From assembly GCA_025458125.1 (NCBI GenBank), contig JALOTA010000027.1, positions 1,874-65,873 on the forward strand: 64,000 nucleotides of DNA, written 5' to 3'. The position numbers and the translations under genes were made by a program. Shown piece after piece: positions 17,854-26,673 of this stretch. Source of the DNA: Hyphomicrobium sp. (lineage in GTDB: Bacteria; Pseudomonadota; Alphaproteobacteria; Rhizobiales; Hyphomicrobiaceae). The stretch's first letter is position 1. Every line of letters begins with the position of its first letter. The notes under the pieces were generated by a model. It was not told the DNA's origin and ran no database searches. It saw only the letters and a list, made by a program, of their open reading frames with translations.

Positions 17854-18855
17854 TCAATAAAACAGGCTGGAAACGCTCTCTTCCCTGCTCGTCCGCAGGA
17901 TAGCTTCACCAATGAGTGGAGCGATGGAAAGCACCCGGATGTTCCTGGCAGCCTTGACGGCTTCGGTCGGCAGAATGGAGTCCGTGATCACCAGGGATTT
18001 GAGCTTCGAATTCTGGATACGGCTGACTGCGCCGCCGGAAAGGACACCATGCGTGATGTAGGCGGACACTTCAGTCGCGCCGTACTTCAGGAGTGCTTCA
18101 GCGGCGTTGCACAGCGTCCCACCGCTGTCGACGATGTCGTCGATCAGCACGCAGCGCTTTCCCTCGACCTCGCCGATGACGTTCATCACTTCGCTTTCGC
18201 CAGCCCGCTCCCGCCGCTTGTCACAAATGGCGATCGGGGCCTCGATGCGTTTGGCGAGAGCGCGGGCGCGAACGACACCGCCGACGTCGGGTGATACGAC
18301 AACCACGTCACGGGCACCGCCGTTGTCCTGGATGTCGCGGGCGAAAATCGGCGCCGCGAACAGATTGTCGGTCGGGATGTCGAAGAAGCCCTGAATCTGA
18401 CCGGCATGCAGATCGAGGGTGAGGACGCGGTCTGCGCCCGCGCGTTCGATGAGGTTTGCGACGAGCTTCGCGGAGATCGGCGTGCGGGGGCCGGGCTTTC
18501 GATCCTGACGGGCATAGCCGTAATATGGAATGACGGCCGTGATGCGCTTGGCGGACGACCGCTTCAGGGCATCGATCAGAATGAGAAGCTCCATAAGGTT
18601 GTCGTTCGCGGGAAACGAGGTCGACTGGAGGATAAACGCGTCCTGCCCGCGAACGTTTTCCTGGATCTCGACGAAGATCTCCATGTCCGCGAAGCGTTTC
18701 ACCTGACCTTTCGTCAATGGCGCCTTGACGTAGGCGGAAATCGCTTCGGCGAGAGGGCGGTTCGAATTACCGGAGACGAGCCGGATACGCGGATGGCCAC
18801 GTTCCCTGTCTTCTCGGGCATCGAATGGCATGACACGGCCCTCGCTCGGATTCAT
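17854..18855 (-). CDS. prs: ribose-phosphate pyrophosphokinase
   Basis: Motifs [44 protein letters not shown] and [20 protein letters not shown]. The N-terminal start could be the second ATG at 18831. Confidence 0.94.
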   Translation of the reverse strand: MNPSEGRVMPFDAREDRERGHPRIRLVSGNSNRPLAEAISAYVKAPLTKGQVKRFADMEIFVEIQENVRGQDAFILQSTSFPANDNLMELLILIDALKRSSAKRITAVIPYYGYARQDRKPGPRTPISAKLVANLIERAGADRVLTLDLHAGQIQGFFDIPTDNLFAAPIFARDIQDNGGARDVVVVSPDVGGVVRARALAKRIEAPIAICDKRRERAGESEVMNVIGEVEGKRCVLIDDIVDSGGTLCNAAEALLKYGATEVSAYITHGVLSGGAVSRIQNSKLKSLVITDSILPTEAVKAARNIRVLSIAPLIGEAILRTSREESVSSLFY

Positions 18856-18998
18856 GACGAACGTGTGATGCCGCGCTGTCTAGCAACAGGCTCGTAACGT
18901 GTAAACCGCCGCGGGCAACACACTGATGGATAACGGAGAGCCATCGGAGTTTGACGGACCGGGGGCCGGCGCAGGTAAAACCCACCCGGCCCTATCCG

Positions 18999-19994
18999 TT
19001 AATTGGTCTTCGGCAGCAGTTTGATGATGCCCTGAGCGGCGGCGGCGGCGGCGGCATCGGCGGTTTTGCCCCATGCGCCGTCCAAAGAGCCCTGCGGGAC
19101 TTCATTCTTCTGCGAAACCGTTCCGAGCTGTTTACCCTTGGGGTCCTTGACGTGCCAGTCGATGGTGATCGGCTGCTTGCCGTCACGAACGGCCCCGACC
19201 GACACCTTGCCCTGGACCTTGTAGGTCTCTCCGGCTGCGCTCGTAAGCTGGATGCCATTGCGGGTGAGTTCGCGCTGGATGGCGCCGGTCAAAGCGATGC
19301 TGCCGTCGCCAGGAGCGCCCGTCACATTGGGCACGGAGGTGAGAACCGGGCCGCCGCGTCCAATACTGCCTGTTGACGTGGCGGGAGGCGGGGTGGCGGC
19401 TGCGGGGGTAGCGCCCGTCGTGGCCGGTGCGGCTGCTGGTGCAGCCGAGGCAACGGGAACGCCGGCAGACGGGGCGGACGAAGCCGGCGCGGCCGGCGTC
19501 TGGGACGGTAGCCAGCCGGCGACCTGGGTGGCTGTCCGTCCGGCAATTTGATTGATGACGGCCGGAGTTGCGGCCGACCAGGAGTCCTGACTGGCGCCGG
19601 ATGCGATCTCTTCTCCGGTGATCCGGTTGACCCTCTTGCCGGTCGGATCGGTGATGTCCCAGATGTAGGAAATCTTCGTTGCCGACTTCTCCTTGGCCGC
19701 TACGACGTAGCCGCGCAGCGTGTATTCGGATGGGTCGGTCGGCTGCTTGGCGACCGTGACTTTCTGTTGTTCGAGCGCGGTCGCGACTTGCGACTGAAGC
19801 GCCCGGGAGGTGGCATCGGGCGGGCCGACAATCGGGGCGACTGCAATCTTTGCCTTGCCCGTCGTCGACTGCGGCGCGGCCGCGAGCGGAGATGCGCCGT
19901 CAGTGCCGCCGCCTGCAAAAATGTTGCTGCCCGTCTCGCAGCCAGCGAGACCGATGGCCGCCATCAACAGTAGCGCTGCCCTTGCGACCGGCAT
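18999..19994 (-). CDS. lipoprotein with an internally duplicated domain and an Ala/Pro-rich linker
   Basis: Start at MPVARAALLLMAAIGLAGC (lipobox LAGC). Two similar modules (YTLRGYVVAAKEKSATKISYIWDITDPTGKRV and YKVQGKVSVGAVRDGKQPITIDWHVKDPKGKQL) are joined by an AP-rich linker. Confidence 0.65.
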   Translation of the reverse strand: MPVARAALLLMAAIGLAGCETGSNIFAGGGTDGASPLAAAPQSTTGKAKIAVAPIVGPPDATSRALQSQVATALEQQKVTVAKQPTDPSEYTLRGYVVAAKEKSATKISYIWDITDPTGKRVNRITGEEIASGASQDSWSAATPAVINQIAGRTATQVAGWLPSQTPAAPASSAPSAGVPVASAAPAAAPATTGATPAAATPPPATSTGSIGRGGPVLTSVPNVTGAPGDGSIALTGAIQRELTRNGIQLTSAAGETYKVQGKVSVGAVRDGKQPITIDWHVKDPKGKQLGTVSQKNEVPQGSLDGAWGKTADAAAAAAAQGIIKLLPKTN

Positions 19995-20234
19995 CCGAAC
20001 GCCCTTCGCCGCAGCACGATCAATGGTCGTCACGTCGACGCCCCCTTTGTTTGACCCGCTGATTTCCGGCGGCCGACGTACTGACTTTGCGGCCTCGTCT
20101 CCCTTTCGCACCGGTACACGTTATCCCTTTGCGTAGCCCGCTCTCTACCGGACTCACAAGGCGCTCTGGTCTCAAAGTTGGGAATGACCCCGATGATGCC
20201 CCCGCCATCAGAGCCTTACTTGTGGATTGTGCAG

Positions 20235-21005
20235 TTAAGTCACAATGATGGCAGAGATTTGGCGCCCGTAATCGGGCTCTGAACGGTGCGTCGTGCGACG
20301 AAACGAGAAGAATCTCGATTCGTCCGAGTAGGTGCACGGCGACGTGCGATCGACTGCCGCCAATCCCAGAACTCCGAGGCGCCGTGCCACGTAGCCCGGG
20401 AGGTCGAAACGTGGCCGGCTTCCGGGGGCTCCAGCGAAGAAATCCCTGTTAGCCGCGTCGAGGGACAGAACTTCCTCCATAAAGTCTGGCCCGACTTCGT
20501 AGGCGGATTGACCGATCGAAGGACCGATGGCGGCGCGGATCCGCTCCTTTCGCGCTCCGGCGCGCTCCATTTCCGCCACGGTGGCCTCAACGATGCCCGC
20601 CACGGCACCGCGCCAACCGGCGTGAGCGGCGGCCACGACTCCCGCTTCCGGATCGGCGAAGAGGACGGGTGCGCAATCGGCCGTCAGTACGCCGATCACG
20701 AGGCCTGGGGTGGTGGTCACTACCGCATCGGCTTTGGGCAGTTCATCGCGTGCGATGGGACCGCCGACGCGCACCGCCGAACCGCTGTGGACCTGGTATA
20801 CCGTCAGGACTTCCGGACGTTCGCCGCCGAGATGGCGGGCGGCGCGAGCCCGGTTCTCGAGCACCCGGCCGGGGTCGTCCCTGGACCCCAGTCCGCAATT
20901 CAGGCCGGCGTAGAGCCCCTCCGACACGCCGCCTGCGCGCGTAAAGAAGCCGTGGCGGATGCACGGCAGCGCTTGCAGTGACGGGCTGATGATCGGATCG
21001 AGCAT
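20235..21005 (-). CDS. pgeF: peptidoglycan editing factor PgeF (YfiH/DUF152, laccase-domain protein)
   Basis: 256 aa with IRHGFFTRAGGVS, NCGLGS.DD, TADCAPVLF, AAAHAGWRG and CTY....FFSFRR motifs. Confidence 0.85.
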   Translation of the reverse strand: MLDPIISPSLQALPCIRHGFFTRAGGVSEGLYAGLNCGLGSRDDPGRVLENRARAARHLGGERPEVLTVYQVHSGSAVRVGGPIARDELPKADAVVTTTPGLVIGVLTADCAPVLFADPEAGVVAAAHAGWRGAVAGIVEATVAEMERAGARKERIRAAIGPSIGQSAYEVGPDFMEEVLSLDAANRDFFAGAPGSRPRFDLPGYVARRLGVLGLAAVDRTSPCTYSDESRFFSFRRTTHRSEPDYGRQISAIIVT

Positions 21006-21068
21006 GTTTCTAGATAGTCGGTGCCATACATCCGGGCAACCGCATGGCGCTCCAGCCCGCTGCGCGTT

Positions 21069-22214
21069 TCAGTCGAACCCGGGCAGCGGGGGGAGCGCCG
21101 CCGAGCGCAGGCCGATAGCCTTGAAGCGGGCGCCCATGCCTTGCGGGGACATCAGCCGCGCGATGCTCAACTCGATTTCGGCGGCCTTGGCCGGATTGGC
21201 GGACATGAGGCGCGAGGCTCGCTCCACGATGCCAAGGCGGCCTAAGAATTCGCCTTGAGAAACGGGACCGTCGACGGCCAGCAGTTCCCCTCCGGAGGTC
21301 CGGAAGGCCGAAGCGAACTGGGCGAAGTCGACCTGGACCGTCACGTCGGTTTCGCCTGGGGCGAAGAATGGCGACACCGAACGGTGTCCCTCCACCGCCT
21401 GCAACGTATCGCCGAAGCCCGATCGTTCGTGGCCGTAGTCGATGAAGAGGGCGGCGAACGGTTGCGTTTGCGAAAGGGCGCTGATGATTGCCGTGGCGAA
21501 TGCCGAGCCGGCGGCCGCCTCTTCGAAAACATCGCCTTCTCGCGGGATCGCCGTCGCGGGTACGGATCCGGGAGGGCCCGCGGATGCCCCGGCCGCAACG
21601 AAGCCCAAATCACCGTGGCGATCCAACCCGACCATGCGCGCTCGCCAGACGCCATCACAGAACTGAAATTGATCGACGCCGAACGTATCCAGGAATTCGT
21701 TGCCGATCAGGATGACGGGGGCATCGCCGAGCAGGTCGCGACGGGACAACAACTGGACCGCATCGGCATGAGACGAGACCGGCACTGCGCACCCGGCGAG
21801 CGTCGCCTGCTGGGTCTTGCGGAGTGGCTCACTGAGTTCCACCAGATGAACGTGCAGCGCATTGGCGAACCCGGCGACCTTGCGAGATGCGCGCACGGCA
21901 TCATGCATCAGCGTGCCGCGACCGGGGCCCAGTTCGATGAGGTTGACGCGGGACGGCGTGCCCATCTGATGCCAGACAACGGCTGACCAGAGGCCGATCA
22001 GTTCGCCGAACACCTGGCTGATTTCGGGTGCAGTAATGAAGTCCGCTTCGCGGCCGATTGCCTGCTGCTTCACGTAATACCCAAACTCGGGATCTTGCAG
22101 GCACGCCTGCATGTATGCGGTAACGGTCAGCGGCCCGGTTCGGCGAATGCGGTCCTTGAGTTTGACGGCGAGCGGCGTTTCACGGCGCCCTTCATGTTCA
22201 TCAGTCATGTACAA
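21069..22214 (-). CDS. SAM-dependent methyltransferase, MidA/NDUFAF7 (DUF185) family
   Basis: 381 aa: FITAPEISQVFGELIGLW......LIELGPGRGTLMHD. It is adjacent to pgeF, as in many Rhizobiales. Confidence 0.8.
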   Translation of the reverse strand: MYMTDEHEGRRETPLAVKLKDRIRRTGPLTVTAYMQACLQDPEFGYYVKQQAIGREADFITAPEISQVFGELIGLWSAVVWHQMGTPSRVNLIELGPGRGTLMHDAVRASRKVAGFANALHVHLVELSEPLRKTQQATLAGCAVPVSSHADAVQLLSRRDLLGDAPVILIGNEFLDTFGVDQFQFCDGVWRARMVGLDRHGDLGFVAAGASAGPPGSVPATAIPREGDVFEEAAAGSAFATAIISALSQTQPFAALFIDYGHERSGFGDTLQAVEGHRSVSPFFAPGETDVTVQVDFAQFASAFRTSGGELLAVDGPVSQGEFLGRLGIVERASRLMSANPAKAAEIELSIARLMSPQGMGARFKAIGLRSAALPPLPGFD

Positions 22215-22325
22215 AGGTCCGGCCGAGCGACGCCGTCGCGCGCGTTCGTCCTAGACCGTGGACAGGAAAGCGGCACACAACGGCGGCGCAGGTTGTGAAC
22301 CCGGACCGGCGGATTGGCAATGGGG

Positions 22326-23318
22326 TCAGGAGGCGACTTTGAACCGCGCCAGATGGGCTTCCCATGACAGCGCATGACGAACGATCTCGTCGAGATCGTC
22401 ATATTGCGGCTGCCAGCCCAGCGCATCACGGACTTTCTGGGACCCGGCAATGATGGCCGCAGGATCGCCCGCACGCCGGGGGGATTGGCGAACTTCAAAA
22501 TCGACACCCGAAACGCGCTTCACCGCTTCGATCACCTGAAGCACGGAAAAGCCTTTCGAATAGCCGCAGTTGAAGACGCCGGAAGCACCACCGCTTTTCA
22601 GATGATCGAGAGCGGCGACATGAGCGCTGATCAGATCGCTGACGTGGATGTAATCGCGAAGACAGGTTCCGTCGGGGGTCGGGTAGTCGCTCCCGAACAC
22701 CTCGACATAAGCGCGGCGACCGAGTGCGGCTTCACATGCGACCTTGATCAGGTGGGTCGCGCGCGGCGTTGACTGGCCCGAGCGGCCCAGCGGATCGGCG
22801 CCCGCAACATTGAAATAGCGTAAGGCCACATAACGAAGATCGTGGGCCCTGGCGGTATCGGCGAGCATGATCTCTGTCATCAGCTTCGACCATCCGTAGG
22901 GGGACACGGGTGCTGGCGAAGCGGCTTCGCTGACCGGATTTTCGACCGGATTACCGTAAACGGCCGCGGTCGACGAGAAGATGAAGTGCCGGATGCCCGC
23001 GGCGACCGCCGCTTCCATAAGAGCGCGTGATTTAACCGTATTGTTGTTGTAGTAGCCGAGCGGATCGGCGACAGATTCCGGGACGACGATCGAGCCGGCA
23101 AAATGGACGATCGCCTTGATGCCATACTTGCGAATGACGGTGCGGACCAGGTCCTGGTCGCCGGCGTCGCCCACGACGAGCGTGGCGGACGCGGGCACCG
23201 CCCAGCGGAACCCGGTGGAAAGATTATCAAGCACGACGACTTGATGGCCGGCGTCCAGCAAGGCCAGAACCATATGGCTGCCGATGAAACCGGCTCCGCC
23301 CGTCACGAGAATTGCCAT
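22326..23318 (-). CDS. galE: UDP-glucose 4-epimerase
   Basis: Start at MAILVTGGAGFIGSH (ATG 23318). SDR-extended fold with SSTAAVYG and SPYGWSKLM (YxxxK) motifs. Confidence 0.9.
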   Translation of the reverse strand: MAILVTGGAGFIGSHMVLALLDAGHQVVVLDNLSTGFRWAVPASATLVVGDAGDQDLVRTVIRKYGIKAIVHFAGSIVVPESVADPLGYYNNNTVKSRALMEAAVAAGIRHFIFSSTAAVYGNPVENPVSEAASPAPVSPYGWSKLMTEIMLADTARAHDLRYVALRYFNVAGADPLGRSGQSTPRATHLIKVACEAALGRRAYVEVFGSDYPTPDGTCLRDYIHVSDLISAHVAALDHLKSGGASGVFNCGYSKGFSVLQVIEAVKRVSGVDFEVRQSPRRAGDPAAIIAGSQKVRDALGWQPQYDDLDEIVRHALSWEAHLARFKVAS

Positions 23319-23544
23319 GAATAAACCCGCCTCCTGCAACCGACAGCGATCGACGGATCGCGGTCCTGAATAAATAGAGTTAATTGCGAATTGTAGCCGC
23401 CCAACTTTGCGAGGTCACAAACCGGTCGTAGTTTCCGCGTCTTGACATTCAAGATTCGTGCCCAAGTGTTGTTCCCGTTCGTAACACCCCGCCCTGCTCG
23501 TCCCTTTCATCCGAACCGCCATTCCATTCGGAGCCTTTGACCTG

Positions 23545-24444
23545 ATGACCTTGAAGACCTCTCGGATCCGCAAAGCCGTTTTTCCCGTTGCCGGCCTCGG
23601 CACCCGCTTTCTGCCCGCCACCAAGGCTGTGCCCAAGGAGATGCTTACGGTTGTCGATCGTCCGGTCATTCAGCATGTTGTGGACGAGGCACGCGCTGCC
23701 GGGATCGAGCATTTTGTTTTCGTGACTGGGCGCGGCAAGGCGGTCATCGAGGACCACTTCGACATCCAGTACGAACTGGAGCGTACCCTTGCAGACCGCG
23801 GCAAGACAAAGGAACTCGAAGCCCTGATCGCCGACCTGCCCGTCGCCGGGCAGGCCAGCTTTACCCGCCAGCAGGCGCCTCTTGGCCTCGGTCACGCCGT
23901 GTGGTGCGCACGCGACATCATCGGGGACGAACCCTTCGCGCTGCTGTTGCCCGATATGCTGCATCATGGGCCGACGCCGTGCCTGAAAGAGATGATCGAT
24001 GCCCATCGGGCCACCGGCGGAAATCTCATCGCCGTCGCTCCTGTTCCGGAAGATCAGACGCATCAGTACGGAATCGTAGGCGTCACGGACGCCGATGAAA
24101 AGGTCGCGCGCGTGACGCAGATGGTCGAGAAGCCGGCGAAGGGAACCGCACCTTCCAATCTGCACATCACAGGGAGATATATTCTTCAGCCGGAAATCTT
24201 CGACCTTCTCGCCCGGCAGGAGAAAGGCGCCGGCGGTGAAATCCAACTGACCGACAGCATGATCCGCCTCATGACCGACCTCGACCAGCCGTTCCATGCC
24301 GTCCGGTTCGATGGCACGATCTACGATTGCGGTTCGAAGATCGGGTTTTTGACGGCGAACATCGCTTACGGGTTGGAGCGCGCGGATCTTGCTCCGGCGC
24401 TGAAAACGGAAATCGAGCGGCTGATGGCGCGGCCGCGCTCATAA
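23545..24444 (+). CDS. galU: UTP--glucose-1-phosphate uridylyltransferase
   Basis: 299 aa with [34 protein letters not shown] and LLPD motifs. It is divergent from galE. Confidence 0.92.
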   Translation: MTLKTSRIRKAVFPVAGLGTRFLPATKAVPKEMLTVVDRPVIQHVVDEARAAGIEHFVFVTGRGKAVIEDHFDIQYELERTLADRGKTKELEALIADLPVAGQASFTRQQAPLGLGHAVWCARDIIGDEPFALLLPDMLHHGPTPCLKEMIDAHRATGGNLIAVAPVPEDQTHQYGIVGVTDADEKVARVTQMVEKPAKGTAPSNLHITGRYILQPEIFDLLARQEKGAGGEIQLTDSMIRLMTDLDQPFHAVRFDGTIYDCGSKIGFLTANIAYGLERADLAPALKTEIERLMARPRS

Positions 24445-24566
24445 GCATCCAAACGAGAAGAAGTCTTGCTTCGCGGACGACGGTTGGTGGTTTGCGCCGC
24501 CAGAACCATCGGATAATGTCTGGGCCAACGGAGTACGCCGGAAAGTCTCCGCCGGAGGTGGTTGGA

Positions 24567-25631
24567 ATGATCATGAAGAAGCGGAGCGGCGAGATAGGGG
24601 CCGCTCAGTCCACGAAGCTCACACCGCCCGGCGTGTTCCTGCTTCGCATGCTCATTTTCCTGACGCTCGTCGGCTTTCTGGCCGCGGTTCTGCACGAACA
24701 GCTCAAGACTGCATTCCTCACGAACCCGGGCCTCAACGGACTGATCGTCGGCGTCCTCCTTCTGGGCATCGTCTACGCTTTCCGTCAGGTGATGCGTCTT
24801 TACCGCGAGATCCGCTGGGTCAATGCCTTCCGCATCTCCGACCCTGGCCTTGCCATCGATACGCAGCCGGTTCTCCTGGCCCCGATGGCGACCATGCTGC
24901 GCGATCGCACGGGCACGTTTTCTCTCGCCACCGTATCGATGCGAACGATCATGGACTCGATCGGATCGCGGCTGGATGAGGCGCGCGACACGGGCCGCTA
25001 CCTCGTCGGCCTGCTCGTGTTCCTGGGACTTCTCGGCACGTTCTGGGGCCTTCTGGAAACGATGTCGTCGGTGGGCGCCACGATTGCCGCGCTCGACACA
25101 AAGGGCGAAGGCGTCGCGGTCTTCGATGAACTGAAGGCCGGGCTCGCCGCGCCTCTCAAGGGAATGGGCACGGCGTTCTCCAGTTCGCTGCTGGGTCTGG
25201 CGGGTTCTCTTATTCTGGGTTTCCTCGAATTGCAGGCGAACCATGCCCACAATCGGTTCTACAATGAACTTGAAGAATGGTTGTCGGGCATCACGGAGCT
25301 GACGCCCGGATCGACATCGGCCACGGACATGGCGAGCCGCCAGTTGACGACGGCGGTATACGAAATGCAGCGCGCCGTGGCGGAACTTTCCGAGAAACTT
25401 GGCGCCCTTGACGTCTCGTCTACCCAGCGCGCGGGATCACTTCCGCAATCTTCACCGGGGCCGGACGAGGCGGTGAAAGACCTTGCCCGAGGCGTCAATC
25501 AACTCGTCACGCTGATGCGCAGCGAACAGAAGGTCGTGCGCGAGTGGGTCGACGAGCAGGCATCGCACCAGGCCGAACTCGCCGGCGCGCTGAAGGCTCT
25601 CGCGGATAACTTCCAACGCAGGACCAGCTAG
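24567..25631 (+). CDS. MotA/TolQ/ExbB-family proton-channel protein with a helical cytoplasmic tail of about 130 aa
   Basis: Start at ATG 24567, 8 nt after GGAGG. Four predicted TM helices. The channel signature is LGLLGTFWGLLETM ... GMGTAFSSSLLGLAGSLILGFL, followed by a coiled-coil-like tail. There is no flagellar, Tol or Ton context. Confidence 0.8.
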   Translation: MIMKKRSGEIGAAQSTKLTPPGVFLLRMLIFLTLVGFLAAVLHEQLKTAFLTNPGLNGLIVGVLLLGIVYAFRQVMRLYREIRWVNAFRISDPGLAIDTQPVLLAPMATMLRDRTGTFSLATVSMRTIMDSIGSRLDEARDTGRYLVGLLVFLGLLGTFWGLLETMSSVGATIAALDTKGEGVAVFDELKAGLAAPLKGMGTAFSSSLLGLAGSLILGFLELQANHAHNRFYNELEEWLSGITELTPGSTSATDMASRQLTTAVYEMQRAVAELSEKLGALDVSSTQRAGSLPQSSPGPDEAVKDLARGVNQLVTLMRSEQKVVREWVDEQASHQAELAGALKALADNFQRRTS

Positions 25632-25633
25632 GG

Positions 25634-26665
25634 ATGGCCATGGGCCGAAGCCGGCGCCGCAGCGCAGAATATGGAGAGTTCTGGCCGGGCTACGTCGATG
25701 TGCTGTCGACACTGCTGCTCGTCGTCACCTTTCTGATGTCGATCTTCATGGTGTCGCAGTACTTCGCGACGCAAGAGGCCGCAGGCAAGGATACGGTGCT
25801 ACAGCGCCTGAACCGGCAGATTGCCGAACTGACGAGCCTGCTTTCTCTCGAGAAAGGGAAATCGAAGGAGAGCCAGGACGAAATGGCTGAACTGCAAGCC
25901 ATGCTGGCAACGCTGAAGTCCGAGAACGAAAAGCTATCTGGCGCGGCGGCATCGGGCGATCAGAGCGCCAAATCTGCCGCCGACCAGATCAGCGCGCTGG
26001 CGAGCGATCTTGATCAGCAAAAGACCGTTTCTGCCGAGGCCTTGAGCAAGGTCGATATCCTGAACCAGCAGCTTGCGCAGTTGAGGCGTCAGATCGCGGC
26101 CCTGAACGAGGCTCTCGAAGCCTCCGAAAAGAAGGGCCAGGAAAGCGACAAGACCATCAAGGATCTCGGGCAGCGTCTGAACGCGGCGCTGGCCCGGCAG
26201 GTCCAGGAGTTGCAGCGTTATCGTTCCGACTTCTTCGGACGGCTGAATGAGCTTTTGAAAAACCGCAAGGACATCCGGGTCGTCGGCGACCGCTTCGTAT
26301 TCGAAAGCGAAGTGCTGTTCCCGTCCGGTTCGGCGTCGTTGACGCCCGAAGGTCTTGCCGCGCTCGATCCCATCGCGACGGCGATTGCGGATCTCGGCCG
26401 TCAGATCCCCAAGGAGATCGACTGGGTCGTGCAGATCAACGGACACACCGACATCCGGCCGATCGCCAGCGCGCAATTTCCCTCGAACTGGGAACTGTCG
26501 ACGGCTCGCGCGGCGTCCGTGGTGAAGCATATGATCGCGCGCGGCGTTCCGCCCGACCGTCTTGTGGCGGCGGGGTATGGCGAATATCAGCCATTGGAAG
26601 CGGGCACGGATGACGCGTCGCTTCAGAAGAACCGGCGCATCGAACTCAAGCTGACGAGCCGCTGA
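25634..26665 (+). CDS. MotB-like protein: plug/TM with conserved Asp, coiled coil of about 170-190 aa, OmpA-type peptidoglycan-binding domain
   Basis: It starts 2 nt after the stop of the MotA-like gene. The N-terminus (WPGYVDVLSTLLLVVTFLM) is MotB-plug/TM-like. A long heptad-like segment follows (LQRLNRQIAELTSLL...LNQQLAQLRRQIAALNEAL). The C-terminus reads NGHTD...SNWELSTARAASVV..GYGEYQP...NRRIELKL. Confidence 0.8.
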   Translation: MAMGRSRRRSAEYGEFWPGYVDVLSTLLLVVTFLMSIFMVSQYFATQEAAGKDTVLQRLNRQIAELTSLLSLEKGKSKESQDEMAELQAMLATLKSENEKLSGAAASGDQSAKSAADQISALASDLDQQKTVSAEALSKVDILNQQLAQLRRQIAALNEALEASEKKGQESDKTIKDLGQRLNAALARQVQELQRYRSDFFGRLNELLKNRKDIRVVGDRFVFESEVLFPSGSASLTPEGLAALDPIATAIADLGRQIPKEIDWVVQINGHTDIRPIASAQFPSNWELSTARAASVVKHMIARGVPPDRLVAAGYGEYQPLEAGTDDASLQKNRRIELKLTSR

Positions 26666-26673
26666 GTCCAGCG

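Noticed and set aside
24567-26665. Zorya (ZorAB) anti-phage system call for the MotA/MotB-like pair.
   Set aside because: No ZorC, ZorD or ZorE-like gene is present, nor any nuclease or helicase partner. The A subunit lacks the very long ZorA tail, and the flanks are housekeeping genes (galU, ABC exporter). The pair is kept only as an uncharacterised stator-like module.
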